From positions 40,860,001 to 40,924,000 of the forward strand of contig NC_087251.1 in assembly GCF_037042905.1 (NCBI RefSeq): DNA of 64,000 nucleotides, read 5' to 3'. Position numbers and translations under genes: made by a program. How positions within the stretch are numbered: the stretch's first letter is position 1; every line of letters starts with the position of its first letter. This DNA comes from Lytechinus pictus (lineage: Eukaryota). The notes below the pieces were generated by a model. That model was given only the letters and a program-made list of their open reading frames with translations. It was not told the DNA's origin and searched no databases. This document shows, one piece after another, positions 62,706 through 64,000 of this stretch.

Positions 62706-64000
62706 GAAATGGTGGGTAGTAGGTGCTTGTAAGATTGTTTAGAAAGCAATTTTTAAGGATGTTGAAATTCGCATGAATTTCAAAGGATTAGGGAGTTCCT
62801 TTTACTGCTAGTATCTTCACTTTACCTCTTCAATGTCTTCGACTTTTAATTATTTTGAATGCGATTCGACGGGGAGGTGCCCCTGGCCCCGTGCCCCCGT
62901 TTAGGAAAAACACAACCATCCCAGCTTCCGATCACTGCAAACATCCAAAGCTGACGTAGACTCTGAATCGGATTTATGATGGGAATCATCAGGGGCTTCT
63001 CTCTATTTTCGTAAAATTCGATTGAGCCAGAGACGTACCGGAAATCCGACAAAGGAAAATATTCTTCGGCGGTTCTTTGAATATTGATCAATCCTTTGAG
63101 AAATCAATGTCATGGACATTGCCCCACATATCAGACTTCATTCAGAGGAAATGCAAAATTATCCCGACTTTGCACAAATTACTTTATTGGTGCATTGCCC
63201 TGTACGTATAGACCTAAATGTCTTGGCATTGGGCTTCGAGTTTCATCGGTTTATGGCTTAAGTGGTTTGGATAATGTTGATTGATGCTTGCCTGTCTCAT
63301 GCGGTGTATATTATTTATGACCGATCTTCCTTCAAATGAGACCTGATTGGTTATAATATCACCATTGATAGTAACATTACAGGGATGTTGATCACTGCCA
63401 CTAGTCCTTGTGCGACCTGACACCCTCTCCTGGTGGTAGTTTTCCTGGAAGTTGCACTTTTGCCCAAACATTGACGGCAACATTGCGCGCCGTGACGTTA
63501 AATGAATATTTAAATCTGGTTATATCCGGAAAGAGAGTGCTGACAAACTCTTGGTCTTCTGTCTTACCAGGTTGTAAACACCAGTTATGATTTATTCGAT
63601 TCGGAACTCGATGTTGAAAATATTTTATTTATATCAAGAAATCTGAATCCACTAATATGGATCGTGCGATAATGAAACAACAAAATAAAGTTTGATAATA
63701 TACTTTTCAAGATTTGTTATCAGTCGAAGCAAAAGATGTCTCACTTTTTAAATGAAAAAAGTCATATCTAGTAAAGATGGTAAAGAATACCGGTTCATTA
63801 TTTTTTAAGTCCTTATAGCGGTGTTATTATTAGCCATTAACATTGAATAATAACATTTATAAACATATATTTAAGGATTAGTAACATAGGCCCATGATTA
63901 AAAATATGTTTTTGTATTTTAGATGATTAATAGATATATGAAATAAAGTACAAATCTTCGTTAATAGATCTTTACATCCATGCAGTGGCGTATAATGAGC

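Overview
AT-rich, repeat-dense animal genomic DNA. The repeat families and protein suggest an invertebrate deuterostome, most likely a sea urchin (inference). The main feature is a complete minus-strand TGF-beta (sensu stricto) gene. Four coding exons (58512-58890, 35095-35394, 25842-25958, 24408-24904) join through three phase-1 GT-AG introns into a 1293-nt CDS (430 aa). The protein has a signal peptide, a LAP-type prodomain with an RGD, an RRRR furin site and a 113-aa nine-cysteine mature domain; a TATA/Inr candidate promoter lies at ~59.5 kb. The left third probably holds the 3' end of an unidentified, convergent plus-strand gene (exon 4013-4116 and two phase-compatible candidate last exons). 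The rest is intron, UTR or intergenic DNA full of non-autonomous DNA transposons, Helentron-like tandem-repeat elements, tRNA-derived SINEs, a Deu-domain SINE remnant and an LTR-like fragment. No autonomous transposase or RT ORF, CRISPR array or rRNA was found, and almost all short six-frame ORFs look spurious. Best leads: a GAA/GAAA-capped multi-hairpin element ~3 kb upstream of the gene, a Smad-site-rich module in intron 2, unusual RGD and receptor-finger sequences, DR1-bearing tandem repeats, and a perfect young palindromic MITE.
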